From contig CAVYNY010000022.1 of NCBI GenBank assembly GCA_963769935.1, positions 608,001 to 672,000 on the forward strand: a stretch of 64,000 nucleotides of DNA. The letters run 5' to 3'. The notes under the pieces were generated by a model. It saw only the letters and a list, made by a program, of their open reading frames with translations. It ran no database searches and was not told where the DNA came from. Both the position numbers and the translations under genes were made by a program. The DNA comes from an uncultured delta proteobacterium (GTDB lineage Bacteria > Desulfobacterota > Desulfobacteria > Desulfobacterales > JAFDCJ01). Position 1 is the first letter of the stretch, and the number at the start of each line of letters is the position of its first letter. Shown here piece after piece: positions 62,290-64,000 of this stretch.

Positions 62290-63439
62290 CGCAAACCCCG
62301 CTGTCGATGGCCTTAATCACGGCGATAACCTGGGCAATGCCCTTGAACATCGGCTCAATTTCCATGGTGGCCTTTTCCGTGTAATAGTTCTCGCCAAAGG
62401 TGATGCCAAGGGTTAAGGCCGGGATCTTGTATGAAAGAAATATGGAAAGCGCTGACTCGGTTGATTTGCTGATCGGCTTGATATCCAGTGCTGCCAGAAC
62501 CGCAGCCGCGCTCTTTACCATCGGATGATTGAATTTTAATCTGGCCGCTTTCAGATTGCTGATGGTTTTTATGCTCAAATCTACTTCATTTTCGTGACTG
62601 ATCCCATCGACAATATCCTTAATGTTGCCATAAATCGACTTGACCATTCTGTAGGAATCACTGCGAATTTCAAAGCCCAGGGTGGCCTCATAGGCAATTT
62701 TACCGTGATTGACCCCGCCGGCTATTTTCCCGATGACGATGCGTGAGCGCGGTCTCTGGGGAAGATGCAGGCTCATGATTTCGTTGATAACTTCATTTAA
62801 TATCAAAATGGCATTGGGCGTGAATTTATACAGGGCACCCTTTTCTTCGGAGATGGTGCATTGGATTTCGCCTCTGATCATGCCGTCCGAAAAGTAATTG
62901 AGCCGTCCCAGGTCGACACCCTCCAGACAAATGGCCCCTCGAATCGGAGTCGGCCAGGTTTTTAACAGGTGCCGGACGCCCCGCAGGTTTCCCTTGCCGA
63001 TGGATTGAATGATGCCGGCCAGCACGATGTTCGATTCAAAACGGATACCCAGTTGTTTGAAAAGTATCGGCAGCGACATCAACACGCCGACCCCCAGGGA
63101 GTTGTCCAGAATTCCCGGGCCGGTGATGGAATCTTTTTTGATAGTGTAATTGTGATCGAAGTCCTTATCAAAAAAGGTATCCAGATGGGCCACCACGAAA
63201 ATAGGCGGTTTATCGGAAGCCGTGCCGCGAATGATTCCAATCGGGTTGCGATAGCCGTCGGTCGTAACTTCATCGACCCCGAACTCGGCCAGCCTTTCCA
63301 TGAAGACCGCGCTGCGGCGCTTTTCTTTAAAGGTGGGTGCGGGTATCTGGCCGATCAAAACGACATTGGTGATGATGATATCGCGGGCAGCTTTGATTTC
63401 AGTGACCAGATTCGGCAGGTTTTGGAGAAAATCTTCCAT
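62282..63439 (-). CDS. M20/M28 peptidase-fold protein with a degenerate active site
   Basis: APTFKE, AHLDT, GPGILDN, dimerisation domain; EE motif and C-terminal His absent. Confidence 0.8.
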   Translation of the reverse strand: MEDFLQNLPNLVTEIKAARDIIITNVVLIGQIPAPTFKEKRRSAVFMERLAEFGVDEVTTDGYRNPIGIIRGTASDKPPIFVVAHLDTFFDKDFDHNYTIKKDSITGPGILDNSLGVGVLMSLPILFKQLGIRFESNIVLAGIIQSIGKGNLRGVRHLLKTWPTPIRGAICLEGVDLGRLNYFSDGMIRGEIQCTISEEKGALYKFTPNAILILNEVINEIMSLHLPQRPRSRIVIGKIAGGVNHGKIAYEATLGFEIRSDSYRMVKSIYGNIKDIVDGISHENEVDLSIKTISNLKAARLKFNHPMVKSAAAVLAALDIKPISKSTESALSIFLSYKIPALTLGITFGENYYTEKATMEIEPMFKGIAQVIAVIKAIDSGVCDE

Positions 63440-63842
63440 CGGGAATTCCTGACTTTTTATCCGGCGGTCGCCTCACCCTCGGTCAGGCAACCCGTATGGC
63501 GATCATTGCGGCTTGAGACGGTCGTTTGTCCGGTGTGCAGCCAACCGCACGCCGGGTGCCAAAAAGCCCATGCTCCTTCAAAGCCGACGGAGAGCAGACG
63601 GTTCAATCTATACCAAAACCGATAAAAAGGTCAATGTTTCTTTGATTTCAGCGGCGCCGCCGGCCTGAAAGCGGCCGGTCTGATCGAAGAAGAAACTCAA
63701 TCGTTCAGCGCATAGCTCGCAGCCTCCGGCCCATAGGGCCTGCGCCCCGGTGGGAGAACGCCGGGAAAGAAAAATATAATTAATCTCCGCGATCTCTGCA
63801 CTCTCAGCGGTAAGGAACTTCGTAAAATGGTATCGGATCTAA

Positions 63843-64000
63843 TCAAGTTTCATATGAGGCCGCCCGACTGCCGTAATAGCTTAATATCGCATCGCATAAG
63901 CCGGGGATGGTGAAGGATTTGGCGGTAATCTGGACTTCAAAGCCTGCTTCAACGGCCGTATCGGTGGTAATCGGACCGATGCTGGCAACGGCAACACCGG
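63843..64000 (-). CDS. hemD: 3' end of uroporphyrinogen-III synthase (possibly a CobA-HemD fusion), partial
   Basis: VASIGPITTDTAVEAGFEV...FTIPGLCDAI. Confidence 0.85.
   Translation of the reverse strand, partial: GVAVASIGPITTDTAVEAGFEVQITAKSFTIPGLCDAILSYYGSRAASYET

Overview
Core-chromosome-like 64 kb window from a bacterium of moderate GC content. Gene repertoire and intergenic repeat style suggest a Desulfobacterales-like deltaproteobacterium (inference). Contents: an HDOD plus hybrid histidine kinase pair; a Liv-type ABC transporter with an acyl-CoA ligase; a pduO / FNR-like reductase / two GalT-like / nitroreductase cluster; a long minus-strand run of salvage and metabolic genes (SMUG1, ArsN2, TMTC-like, Qng1, RidA, arginase-like, BHMT-like, MFS); divergent leuCD and ilvBN; an accessory patch with gene remnants; HNH, ugd, rmlA, ileS-lspA, holA, a GCDH-like dehydrogenase, patB, moaA, gpgS with an M20-like gene; and the 3' end of hemD. 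I found no rRNA, tRNA, CRISPR array, integrase or transposase. Four single-base frameshifts are probably sequencing errors. Best leads: (1) the pduO-FNR-GalT x2 operon, (2) gpgS coupled to an M20 homolog lacking catalytic residues, (3) pervasive intergenic inverted micro-repeat elements, (4) twin candidate leader peptides for leuC and ilvB, (5) a GCDH-like enzyme altered at three decarboxylation-related positions. All calls come from motif recognition by eye, with no database search.
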